Assembly (NCBI GenBank): GCA_009602735.1
Contig: WELA01001020.1
Span: 286,014-306,013 of the forward strand
DNA length: 20,000 bases
Direction: 5' to 3'
DNA from: Mesotaenium endlicherianum
Lineage: Eukaryota
Shown here: piece after piece, positions 10,882 to 20,000 of the stretch
Position numbering within the stretch: the first letter of the stretch is position 1
Layout of the letters: every line of letters starts with the position of its first letter
Program-made: the position numbers and the translations under genes
The notes under the pieces: generated by a model
Told to the model about the DNA's origin: nothing
What the model saw: only the letters and a program-made list of their open reading frames with translations
Databases searched by the model: none

Positions 10882-13062
10882 TGTGTGCGCGCGCACGCGC
10901 GTGCGTGCACGCATAGCTGCGAATGCCTCCTGGGCTCTAGTAGGCGGATATGCGTCCACTTAGTGGGGAGCCACTTCTGCTGGCGTAAGATGGTCAGCCA
11001 GAAGCACCGAAAGCCTCACACTGTATGTGTGTATGTGCGTGTGTGCTCGCAATTGTTTTTTTGGGTCGATGCACACATTGAAGGGGAGGAGGTGGGGTTC
11101 TACAAGGGGTGCCTGCGGGTCTGGAAGGCCGTCCTTGCCAAGGATGAGTCAGCATTTTCCTCCAGGTGAGGTCCCGTGAAATGGGGACATCTGTTGAGCT
11201 CCCCTCGCACATCGCAATGTTCCCGCGTGCCTGCTCCTCTCGCCCTGTCAACCCGCCATGTGGCGTCATCTGCATGGCCCTGAAAACTTTGAATGGCGAG
11301 AGGGACTCTATGGCTTCCTCCCTCCCTCCCTCCCTCCCTCCCTGCGCTGCATTCCACAACGCCCGCTTGCACGACTGCTGGGTGCTACCTGCAGCCTGCA
11401 TCCCTTGCTAGGGGCTGTGCATTTATCTGTGACAGCTGTTGACAGCTGTCTACAAGTTTGATTGCTGCACAGGCAGCGGAGTAGTGATAGTAAAGCCCGA
11501 TGCTGGACCCTACCCAGAACGTGAAACCCAAATCCCAACATCCTCAGGCTCTACTTCAAAAGCCCTGCGTTGACACCTGTCAGTGTACGCTTTGGCTCGA
11601 AGCCTTACATGGGAACGGGATGGTGATGGACATGGGCCCTTGACAAGGTGCTTTTGAGAAGGGGGGGGGAGGGGGGGTCTAGGGCTATGGCAGGGGCCCT
11701 TGGGGTGACTGGCGGCGAGGGGTCTAGCTAGGGATATGCTAGCAGGGCTCTTTGCGTTCCTTGTTACCAGGAGTGGAACGTATCTCTTACTCTGAAGGAG
11801 AAAGGATGGTGGATATTGACGTGGCTTGGGGGAAGTGCAGGTGGTTGGTAGTAGGAGTGCACGCCAAGGCAGGGGGGCAGTAGAGGAAGGGGCGCGGGGT
11901 GGGGGCGGGGGTGGGGGGGGGGACGTGGAAGGTAGGGGGAAAGAGGCAAGGAGACAAACTGGCCTGTTCTGACAGTGTGCGTTCGATGCACGACCTCTGG
12001 AGGCTATGGATGGGCACGAGAGAGCGCACGGGTGGAGTTCCCGTGCGTGAGAGTGCTTTGGGGTGTGGGGTGTCAGGATCAGTGCAGCCAGGAGTCTACG
12101 CGAGGTTCAAGGACGGGTCTACTCCGGGGTTTTGGGGCCCTTGGCGTTTAAGGCCGTGTGTCCGTCCCGTATTTGAGGCCCTGGCAGAAAGCGCACGCCC
12201 TGTGGGGCCGGTCTGATGCTGGATGCGCGAGTGGGCCGGAGAGGGCCAGGGCCCCCATGTGGGCGCACCCTCGCAGCCCCCTCCTCCCATGTGCATCGTG
12301 GTAGCTCCTTTTCCCTCGCGCGCTCGCTCCAAGCGTGCCGGCTTGCGGGCTCTCCCGCACTGCAGCGGACTCTCTGGCTGGCTGGCTGGCTGGCTGAACA
12401 ACGGACTGACGGGGCTGACTGGCTGGCGGGGTGCCTGATGGGGGGGTGTCGTGCGCGTGCGGTTCTCCACGCCTGCCTGCGTGTGCAATACACCATACGC
12501 GGTGCATGGCAGGGCGGCGAGAGCCATCAGAGCGCTGGACCAGCAGCTTGCCAGCTTCCCCCTCCTATCCCCCGAGGTGAAACCCCCCCCCACTAAATGC
12601 AGGATGGGCATCTTGAACAAACAACAATGTCTACCGTCACCTGTGCCGTGCACCGTGTCTCATTTGGAAATGTGAATCGTGCCTCCTCTTGTGTGTCTCC
12701 CTCCCGCGCCTCCCGTTTACCTCCCATTTACCGGCCAGTGCTCTTCCCAGACATTCTCTCCCTCTGCCGCTCCCTTTCCTCTCCTGCTCCGGCCCTCTCA
12801 CTTTCCCTCTCCTACAAGCGCACACCTACAGACACGCGCCCACACACTCGCCCGACACCTGGCTCCACATGCTCCGCACGTGCCGCACCTGACCACGGGC
12901 GGCTGCCTGGACGGTGGGTGACGGGCGCAGGAGGAGTCGCTGCACGACCAGCTGAGCAGCATCTGCTCCAAGTTCCGCGCCCTCTCTTCCATGCTGGGGG
13001 TCCATCTCACGTTTGAGGGCCACAGCGCCCGCCAGGAGGCTGCAGACCTGACATCCTTCTGA
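10111..13062 (+). CDS. LTO1: LTO1/ORAOV1 homologue (Yae1_N domain; CIA adaptor for ABCE1/Rli1 Fe-S maturation). Exons 10111..10193, 10561..10625, 11084..11165, 12513..12576, 12931..13062 (426 nt, 141 aa)
   Basis: Spliced product MADVNDVFDSALDLEGMHVKDGYEEGYREGMVSGVHEGREVGLKSGFEMGEEVGFYKGCLRVW...SKFRALSSMLGV...DLTSF*. It has the (GX3)n repeat of Yae1/Lto1, the GFY.G motif, KFR and a C-terminal aromatic residue. Introns are GT-AG with phases 2,1,2,0. Confidence 0.92.
10842..10915. repeat. (TG)n microsatellite grading into (GC)n, in LTO1 intron 2
   Basis: 74 bp of uninterrupted purine/pyrimidine alternation. Confidence 0.95.
11318..11343. repeat. (CCCT)n microsatellite in LTO1 intron 3
   Basis: ctccctccctccctccctccctccct. 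Confidence 0.9.
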
Positions 13063-14643
13063 GGATTTTCAGTCGTCCCGGGCGTCTGCAATGTGCATCA
13101 ATGTTGGCGGCCCCGCCACGCCCTTGTGTGGCTCTGATTATTGATGGCCCGGCCTTCTCAGATGAGGGAGTGACAAAAGTTGTGCCTCGACTTGGAGGAA
13201 TACCCGCGTGGGGGAGCTTCCTGGACGCATGTAGGAGACGGGCAACGCTGTGGCTTGATGAAGGAGTAAGAGGGAACGTGATCAGCGTCAGGCAGGCAGG
13301 CACTCCTGCTTTTGGCAGGAGAGGAGAAGCTTTATAGCTCTGCAGTCTCCGGCTTCATCTCCTTCTTCGCAAAGTTTCTTGTAGCTGCAGAGGTCAAGGA
13401 AGGGTTTCTGGCTTGGCATCTGCACAGTTGCTATGTGTGAGCCCTCACTTGCTAGTAGTGGATGTACGGAGTTATCACTGAACTGCAAGATTATGTTAGC
13501 CTGGTGCAGCAGCTAGCTACAAGTGGTTCCTGGTTTTAGGCAAATGGAAACCGGATATTACCTGATATTATTTTGAAAGAATTCACATTTTTGAATTAGT
13601 ACTCATTCACGTCATATTAAATTTGTTGATTGAAGTATAGCCAGCGATAATAGGCTCTTCTTCTTGTCACTTGATAATTTATTTGTGATACAGCATTGTA
13701 TGAAAGGGAGTTGATTAACTTTCGTGCAAACGTGTTGACAACTGTAGTTGCTATGTCGCATCACGCACACGACTTCATCTCAGTCTGCAACTTCAGCATG
13801 TGCGCAATGTATACATACCATCCTACTGCATTGAATTTCATATGCAAGGTACAGGCACGGCGTGAAAGCAGAATGCCAGGTGTTCCAACTGCCTAATCCG
13901 GTCTCTTCTTTTCCCTTGCTTGCATTCCCTTCCATGTGTACAGAAATGCTGGACGTTTGCTGCGTGCTTCCTTATCCTAATATAGGAAGAAGCATTGCAT
14001 TTTTCATTTTCAGCTCCAGATCTTTATATGAGTAGATTATTCCATTTGTTCATTTATACCTTCAATACATGCAGTTGTCAAACACAAAATGTAAAAGACG
14101 GTAAGAAATGGAAAGTCAAACATTCCAGCAGGGTGGTGTGGCACAGTCACTCATTCAAACTGTTGTCTGTATGCACAAACTGCTTAGATTTTGTATACTT
14201 CTGTCGCATTAAGGCTGCAACAAACAGGAGTCCGGGCACATCACAAAGAAGCTGGGGCATACCTACCACTCTGCACTTTGTATCACAAAAAGGTGTTAAT
14301 CTGATAGGGACTCAATGTCCAACTCAACCCCAGTTAAGGGAGAAACTGAGCAGCTAGCCTGCTCAAACCTGTACCTCGTGCATCTACTGCTACATGCATT
14401 CTAAATTACTGATGCATAATATTGGTACACTCACTATGTTGGAGGGCTTTCCCTGACCGGATATCACCTTGCCATCTGTCTATGGTGGCAGCAAACAGGT
14501 GTCTTGTGTGTTTGCATGCACATGCAGCACACGACTATCCTATTCTAACTAGTTGAAGTAGCCTAAATAATCCGAAACCACAAGCTACTGATACCATGAT
14601 ACAGACAAACAGGTCCTTTCAGCAGATGCAGGTGCTGCTCAGT

Positions 14644-16720
14644 TTACAACTCGACGTCCTCGTCGTTGATGAACTTTCCCGTGCCAGGGTTGATGGCAGC
14701 GAAGAAGAAGAAGACGATATTGAGAAGGATGAGAGGCTCAATCTCGGTGATGGGGACACCTGTCTCGATGTTCAGCTGGGCGAGGGCACCCTTTCCAGTG
14801 ATGACCTCTCCGATGATGGAGATGGCAAATCCAAGCTGGGCTAGGCGCCCAACAAAGAGCTCGTTGGCCTTGGTGAACCCGAAAGTAGGGCCTGCGGAAG
14901 GTAAGGGAAATGTAAGAACATGGAGAGGATCGGTTACAATTCTGGAAGAGCTGGCGTCAGTTTGTTACAAAGGCTGATCAAGGTTCATTTCAGATGATCG
15001 CTACATTCTCTATCCTGAGAAGGTTATCCCAAAAAAATGTCCTGCACAACAGTCCCTTGCTACATTTCACACCAAGCGGGTTTCCCAAAAAAAAAGGCCA
15101 GCCTTCTCCTTTCCCACAATGCAATGCCAGTGTTTGTCACTGCTGAAATTTGCCAGGTAGAGGTTTCGATACAGTTCTCCGACATGGCACCGATGCAGGA
15201 GCAACACCAGCAGGCCAGCTACTTTGCCCCGCCTTCTTACTCTATGTGATTGTAGTTTTTCAGCTTCACGTATTTGGCTGGGGTACAATGCTACTGCTAG
15301 ACTGCAACAAAAAAGGTTTGGAGATATGGGAACGTTGACTGCTTACCCTTCTCGTTGAGTCCGAGGGCACCCTTCACACTCTTCCCGGGAATGACAATAG
15401 GGCCTGATTCAACAATGTCATCGACAAACAGACCTCTGCTTCCAAGTGCTCCAATGGCTCCGAGGAGCTGGAAGAGAATGAAGAAGATGAGGAGGGGCTC
15501 TGTCTCGCTGAGAGGGAGGCCAGTCTCAATGTCAAACTGGGCAAGGGGCCCCTTTCCAGTCAAAGCCTCTCCAAGGATAGATGACTGCAAGTAGAGAAAA
15601 TTGGGAGACAGTGCCGTCAGTGATGCCCACATTTGTCGTTCGAATTATTGAATCAAGTGTGCAAAGATGAGTTGTTCGTAAACACACTTGTGAGGGCAAC
15701 AGTGTCATCATAAGTACGTCTGGGCTGCCGCATTGCAAACAAGGAGCTGCAATCAGGGAGCTTGGGCAACTGCTAGCTTTTGGCCCACAGAGGGTGTGAC
15801 ATACAACTACCACAATCAAATGCACCCTAATCACCAGCTACTAGCTCAATCACGAAGTAAATCTCTCATAAATTGACCGCAAATACTCCTGCTGAAGCCG
15901 TGCATTTCACAGCTGCAATATAACAGTGCGTCATGACACGCATCAAGTAATGTAGCCACAAAGAACTCACAGCAAAGCCAAGCATGGCCAGGCGGCCAAC
16001 GAAGAGCTCGTTCTGCTTTGTGAAACCGATGCCGCCGGAGGTTCCGAAAATTCCTGTCTCAGCAATGGACTTTGCCTGCACCAAGGCAGAAGTAGAAAAT
16101 GTCAGTGCACCAGGCACGTACTCCGCAATGCCCCGGCGGATGCCGTCTACTGAGTTCGCTTAAGTAAATGTGGTTAGGTGAGGAGGGCTAAAATGCTAAT
16201 AGTCCCTCAGCGCCCTCCTAAGTCCTACTCTATCTATCCTCCTACTTTCCACCGCAGTTTCTGTAGCCAAGCTAAACATCGCGCAATTCTATACATGACC
16301 AGAAGAAGGGGACGTCAGATTGACAAATATGGCTTATCCTGATGCAGACAGATTAGCATCATGTCCACAAATAGTGCACAGCATAGTAAAGTGCTGGACT
16401 AACGCGCCGTTTCACAGAATGTAGGTCATGAGAGAATCTCAAAGACAATGTGCCAGCTCTTGTACGTAAATTCTTTGTACGGGCACTTTTTCAACCAGAC
16501 AGCACCTGTAGGGCCTCATTACCTGAGGCTTCAGCTTTGGGGGGGCGGAGGTCTTGGGCTTGTTAAATAGGGCGACGATCTGGGCGGAGCCCGACCTCTT
16601 GACATGCACATTCCTCAGTGCTGGCACAGACACAGCCCTGAAACTAGAGACAGATCCAAGGGTTTTGGTGGCTGCGAGGAAGCCATTGGCAGTCTGGGCG
16701 AGCATGATTGTCTGAGCCAT
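14644..16720 (-). CDS. psbS: Photosystem II 22-kDa protein PsbS (NPQ4). Exons 16720..16523, 16075..15971, 15584..15347, 14891..14644 (789 nt, 262 aa)
   Basis: Transit peptide MAQTIML...IVALF. Two LHC-like repeats, GIFGTSGGIGFTKQNELFVGRLAMLGFA and FGFTKANELFVGRLAQLG. Both lumenal pH-sensing Glu motifs are present (AQFDIETG, AQLNIETG). C-terminus AAINPGTGKFINDEDVEL*. GT-AG introns with phases 0,0,1. Confidence 0.98.
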
Positions 16721-16835
16721 TGTGAGAGGGAGAAGGGGACAGTAAATGTAAAGAGTGAGAGTGCAGGAGGTCAGATGTAGTCACAAGAAAGTAGTATTTC
16801 AGCACACTTAGATACACTTTGGAAAGTCACCCGAC

Positions 16836-16843
16836 TTTATATA
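16836..16843 (-). promoter_or_regulatory. TATA box of psbS
   Basis: TATATAAA on the minus strand about 115 bp upstream of the ATG. It is followed by a pyrimidine-rich 5' UTR. ACGT-core elements (CACGTC) lie at 16981 and 17042. Confidence 0.7.
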
Positions 16844-18633
16844 CACCGTTTGGGCACTTTTTTGCGTTAGCTTTTCGCTTCAGTGAGACTGAAAATCGTC
16901 GGCCCGGTGAGTGCAACTGCCAACGACGGGCGCACGCACGACCGTACCACGAGACGCGCTACGCTTGCTCCAACTTGGTACACGTCGATGATGGATAGCT
17001 AGGGGCATTAATGCAGAAGAACTGGGGAGCTCGTAGGGGCCCACGTCGTCCAGCTTTGTTGTGTAACCCCGACCGTTGGAGATGGTTGGAGATGGAGGAA
17101 AGACTGTCCGCTGTGGTCCGCTGTTGTTTGCTGATTTTTGCCCGACTTTCAGGAAGTAGCTACTTCAGTTTGCATGGCGCTCGGTTGCGCTAAACGCCAC
17201 TGGATCCAATGAGTCGAATTGAACACTCTGGATCAGCTCTGGATTGCTCTGGATGCCCTCGATGCGACTCTACTGTGCTCTACTGGTGTGCATTGAACTT
17301 CTTCGTCCTCGTAGGAACGACTAGATGTAGATCTGGTTCCCTTCATCTGGGTTCATCCGCCTTGCTCCGTATAAACTTTGTGGCAAGCTGGCAGTCTCTG
17401 AGCAACTATTTATGTGTGAGTCACGACGATGGAGGCGTGGCCACTTCTAAAACTCATGTATAGCTTCATATACCTCCACAGTTTATGGAGGCGTTTTGGA
17501 AGTTTCTGCTGAAAAGTAAAGATTCTCAGGTTTCAAGCTGTTTCAAGCAGTTCCAAGGGCGTTTCGGATTTCACCGTCAACTTGTTGCGTGCGTGGTCGA
17601 TAGAGGAGCACCATCGCGAACCATCAGAAAGTGCAACCATGTAGCGGGACTGCATGGTAGCGGCACTGCATGGGACGGGGTCGGACGGACCCGGAACGGG
17701 CCCGGAGTGGCCTGGAGCAAAGTCGACGGCCACCAGGTGCAAGTTCAGACCGAGCAAGTTGCAATTAAAACATCATGCCTAGTAATGCCTGGTCGTGCTA
17801 TGTACGGTAATACATAGTGAACATCTCACACATTCTGCGGAAGTCTTTGACTCAGTTTTGACTAACTAGCAGCGAAGGCAAAATCAACACAGGCTAATTG
17901 CATCGTACGCTTTTCGCGACTGCTATCCACTTAACGGTGCCGCACGCCTAGCGCAAGTCACGGCCGCCCAGGTACGGGAAGTCAGCATTGACTCACCGAC
18001 GAGAGGACTGAGTTAGCGGTCATGTTGAAGTCGTTGTCACTGTCAAAGTGGTCACGACACGTCACACCCACACCAGGACGGGATGGGGATGTGGACCGAG
18101 TGGTCAGCCGAAAGGCTAGGGGCATGGAACCAGCAATGAGCAAGCCTAGCAAGTGCCAAGAAAGGTACTGATCGATCGGCTATCCAAGCCAAGTACAGCA
18201 GGGATGTTGCAAAGAGCGTTGTGTGCCGCCTCGGCCAGGCTCTCAGGTGACTGGTCACGGCTTGAGCGTTCATCCTAAACGCTGCCAGCCAGCCACATAG
18301 GCGTGATTGTTAGCTGTAAGGCTAAGTGGTCACGCGCAACAATCCCAATGCATGCATGCATGCCGAATGACAACTTCTAAGCTGTATGAGAGCTGCTGGA
18401 TAAGGACGGCATGCAAGCTAAGCGCTGTGACTAAGCACGGGTATTCTCGAAAGAGGACAGTGTGTGGTGCTTGTGAAAGGCACGAGTCCTGCCTGAAGCT
18501 GCCTCATCCTTGCTCGCATTGTTGTCAAAAGAAGCTGAAGAAGCAAAAGGAGTGCAAAGAAGAAGGAGTTCCCAAGGTCATCGAAGGGCCGAGGTGCCAC
18601 GCTTCTGCCGACGCTGGAAGACTTCTTCTCAAG

Positions 18634-19136
18634 TGTAGTGATTTGAGTTATTATACATTAGTTTGCATATATTTTAATGTTTTCAAATATATTTGGAGTA
18701 GTATTGTGTGGAGTCAAGTGTGAATAGGTACTCTAGTAACTTGGTTCATGTCCTTTGAACCTTCCAAGGCATTTTCGAAGTTAGAGGAAAGACCTAGAAG
18801 AACTCCATGTGGCAAAAGTCAGATGTGCCATTTTTAGGTCAAAAGGACATGTGTACATTATTCTAGAAAGAGGTGGCAAGTTTTGGGATGTGTTGGGTGC
18901 CAACACATCAACATACACCTTCCTAGAAATTACTTATGTAGCAAGTATATAAACAAGAGCTAGAACATAGAAAGACATTCCAGAATCACTCTTGTACTTG
19001 CCAAAATCCAGAAATATATTAACTTTCAAGAAGCCATCTCTCTTTCAAGAAGCTACCACTTGTGTTCAAAGATCCTTGTCTTGAATAGATAAAGTATTCT
19101 GTTTTACTAAGTACTTTATCTATCTGTTTCACTACA
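18634..19136 (+). repeat. 5' long terminal repeat (503 bp)
   Basis: Perfect 8-bp terminal inverted repeats TGTAGTGA...TCACTACA. Composition shifts abruptly to AT-rich at 18634. TATATAAA at 18946-18953. One spacer base separates the LTR end from the PBS. Confidence 0.88.
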
Positions 19137-19137
19137 G

Positions 19138-19153
19138 TGGTATCGGAGCTAGG
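19138..19153 (+). other. Primer-binding site for initiator tRNA-Met
   Basis: TGGTATCGGAGCTAGG versus the canonical plant iMet PBS TGGTATCAGAGC (one A>G, compatible with a G:U pair). Confidence 0.85.
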
Positions 19154-19173
19154 CACTTTGGTAGCACAAGAAG

Positions 19174-20000
19174 ATGGCCGATCCTCAAGACCAACAGCAA
19201 GCTTTCGAAGGAAGCCCTTCCTCTCCAAGACACCCTCCTCCAGCGCCGATGGGAGAGCCCACTCAAGAAAATCTGCAACAACAAGAAGCACCACAAGGAG
19301 GAGCACACCCTCCTCCAGCGTCGATGGGAGAGCCTACTCAAGGAAATCTGCAACAACAAGAAGCACCACAAGGAGGAGCACCGTCAAATCCCGTGGCAGC
19401 CGCTATAGCAAAGTTAACACCACCACGAGGAGTTCCCGCAAATGAGTGGGCAGCCTTCCTAGTGACCGTCCACAACCAAGTGGGCTTGGCCACCTATGAA
19501 GCAACCGTGCAAGCGTCAAGAGAAGCTATGGCTGCCATGGTTGCCCCTATTGCGAGCAATGCTCAAAATCCAGCCCCGGCTCAAGCGCCTCCACAAGAGC
19601 CAACGAGAGCAAGGAAACTCATCAAGCCCGGCAAACTCGACACTTTCAACCCCGAAAAAGGTGCCAACCTGAATTTATGGCTCTACCAAGTGGAGACGTA
19701 CCTCGCATTCCCTGAAGTACCCGAGGAGGACTACGTTCCCTTTGCCGTTACCTTACTTAGAGGAGCAGCAACATCATGGTGGCGTAACTATCAAGCGGCT
19801 ATATATCAAGCTATGGCGCACCCCATGCTCGGCCAAGAGCCCCCACCATCATATGCAAGATGGGCAGATTTTCGTGAGGCCCTCAAGAAGCAATTCATGC
19901 CCATCAATGCGGAGAAGATTGCTCGAGGAAAGCTCCACCATCTCAAGCAAACGACGTCCGTTCAAAAGTATACATCCAGATTTCACGCCCTCACTCTTGA
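19174..20000 (+). CDS. gag: Retrotransposon Gag (Retrotrans_gag-like capsid), 3'-partial
   Basis: The ATG at 19174 (AAGATGG) opens a stop-free frame to the window end. A Q/P-rich N-terminus is followed by KPGKLDTFNPEK..NLWLYQVETYL...LLRGAATSWW...WADFREALKKQF...ARGKLHHLKQTTSVQKYTSRF (QxxSVxxY major-homology-like motif). It is absent from the ORF track, presumably because it has no stop in the window. Confidence 0.9.
   Translation, partial: MADPQDQQQAFEGSPSSPRHPPPAPMGEPTQENLQQQEAPQGGAHPPPASMGEPTQGNLQQQEAPQGGAPSNPVAAAIAKLTPPRGVPANEWAAFLVTVHNQVGLATYEATVQASREAMAAMVAPIASNAQNPAPAQAPPQEPTRARKLIKPGKLDTFNPEKGANLNLWLYQVETYLAFPEVPEEDYVPFAVTLLRGAATSWWRNYQAAIYQAMAHPMLGQEPPPSYARWADFREALKKQFMPINAEKIARGKLHHLKQTTSVQKYTSRFHALTL
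19231..19380 (+). repeat. 2 x 75-bp in-frame tandem repeat in gag
   Basis: 19231-19305 and 19306-19380 differ at 3 positions. They encode HPPPA[P/S]MGEPTQ[E/G]NLQQQEAPQGGA. Confidence 0.95.

Larger units (their letters stand above)
18634..20000 (+). mobile_element. Ty3/gypsy-type LTR retrotransposon, 5' portion (truncated by the window end)
   Basis: LTR, PBS and open gag occur in the canonical order. The 5 bp left of the LTR (TCAAG, 18629-18633) is the predicted target-site duplication. Confidence 0.92.

Noticed and set aside
11764..12512. Many overlapping ORFs on both strands (e.g. 12096..12653, 11899..12216)
   Set aside because: They lie in GC-rich, microsatellite-containing LTO1 intron 3 and have low-complexity translations with no domain motifs.
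14584..14599. GCTACTGATACCA, resembling a minus-strand iMet PBS
   Set aside because: It has a one-base insertion versus consensus, lies about 50 nt past the psbS stop in its 3' UTR, and has no LTR or gag nearby.
14596..15594. Plus-strand ORFs 14596..14844, 14666..14977 and 15355..15594
   Set aside because: Antisense shadows of psbS exons 3 and 4.
17200..17817. CTCTGGAT x3 (17226-17254) and ORFs 17209..17463 and 17485..17817
   Set aside because: Short local slippage repeats. The ORFs show no recognisable motifs or consistent splice structure.
19231..19380. Repeat array considered as CRISPR-like
   Set aside because: Two contiguous in-frame coding units with no spacers, in a eukaryotic context.
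19019..19445. ORFs 19137..19445 (+), 19019..19306 (-) and 19132..19371 (-)
   Set aside because: Alternative-frame and antisense shadows of the repetitive gag N-terminus. The real frame starts at 19174.

Overview
Eukaryotic, intron-rich nuclear DNA of a streptophyte (green alga or early-diverging land plant, inferred from PsbS and the plant-type orthologues). I reconstructed four complete spliced genes by hand. All introns are GT-AG with consistent phases. The genes are: an organellar EngB/YihA GTPase (minus, 4 exons, 429 aa); GET1/WRB (plus, 7 exons, 189 aa, head-to-head with EngB); LTO1/ORAOV1 (plus, 5 exons, 141 aa); and PsbS (minus, 4 exons, 262 aa, convergent with LTO1). The left edge probably holds the 3' exons of an unidentified plus-strand gene. 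The right edge holds the 5' part of a Ty3/gypsy LTR retrotransposon: a 503-bp LTR, a tRNA-iMet PBS and an open gag running off the window. There is a 183-N assembly gap in EngB intron 1. Most ORF-track entries are spurious intronic or antisense frames. No novel system is proven. The best leads are: (1) a 37-codon uORF whose stop overlaps the LTO1 start (TGATG), notable because LTO1 matures the ribosome-recycling factor ABCE1; (2) a nearly CpG-free LTR rich in heat-shock-element-like motifs, about 1.9 kb upstream of PsbS; (3) a Cys-rich ORF relic interrupted by that LTR.
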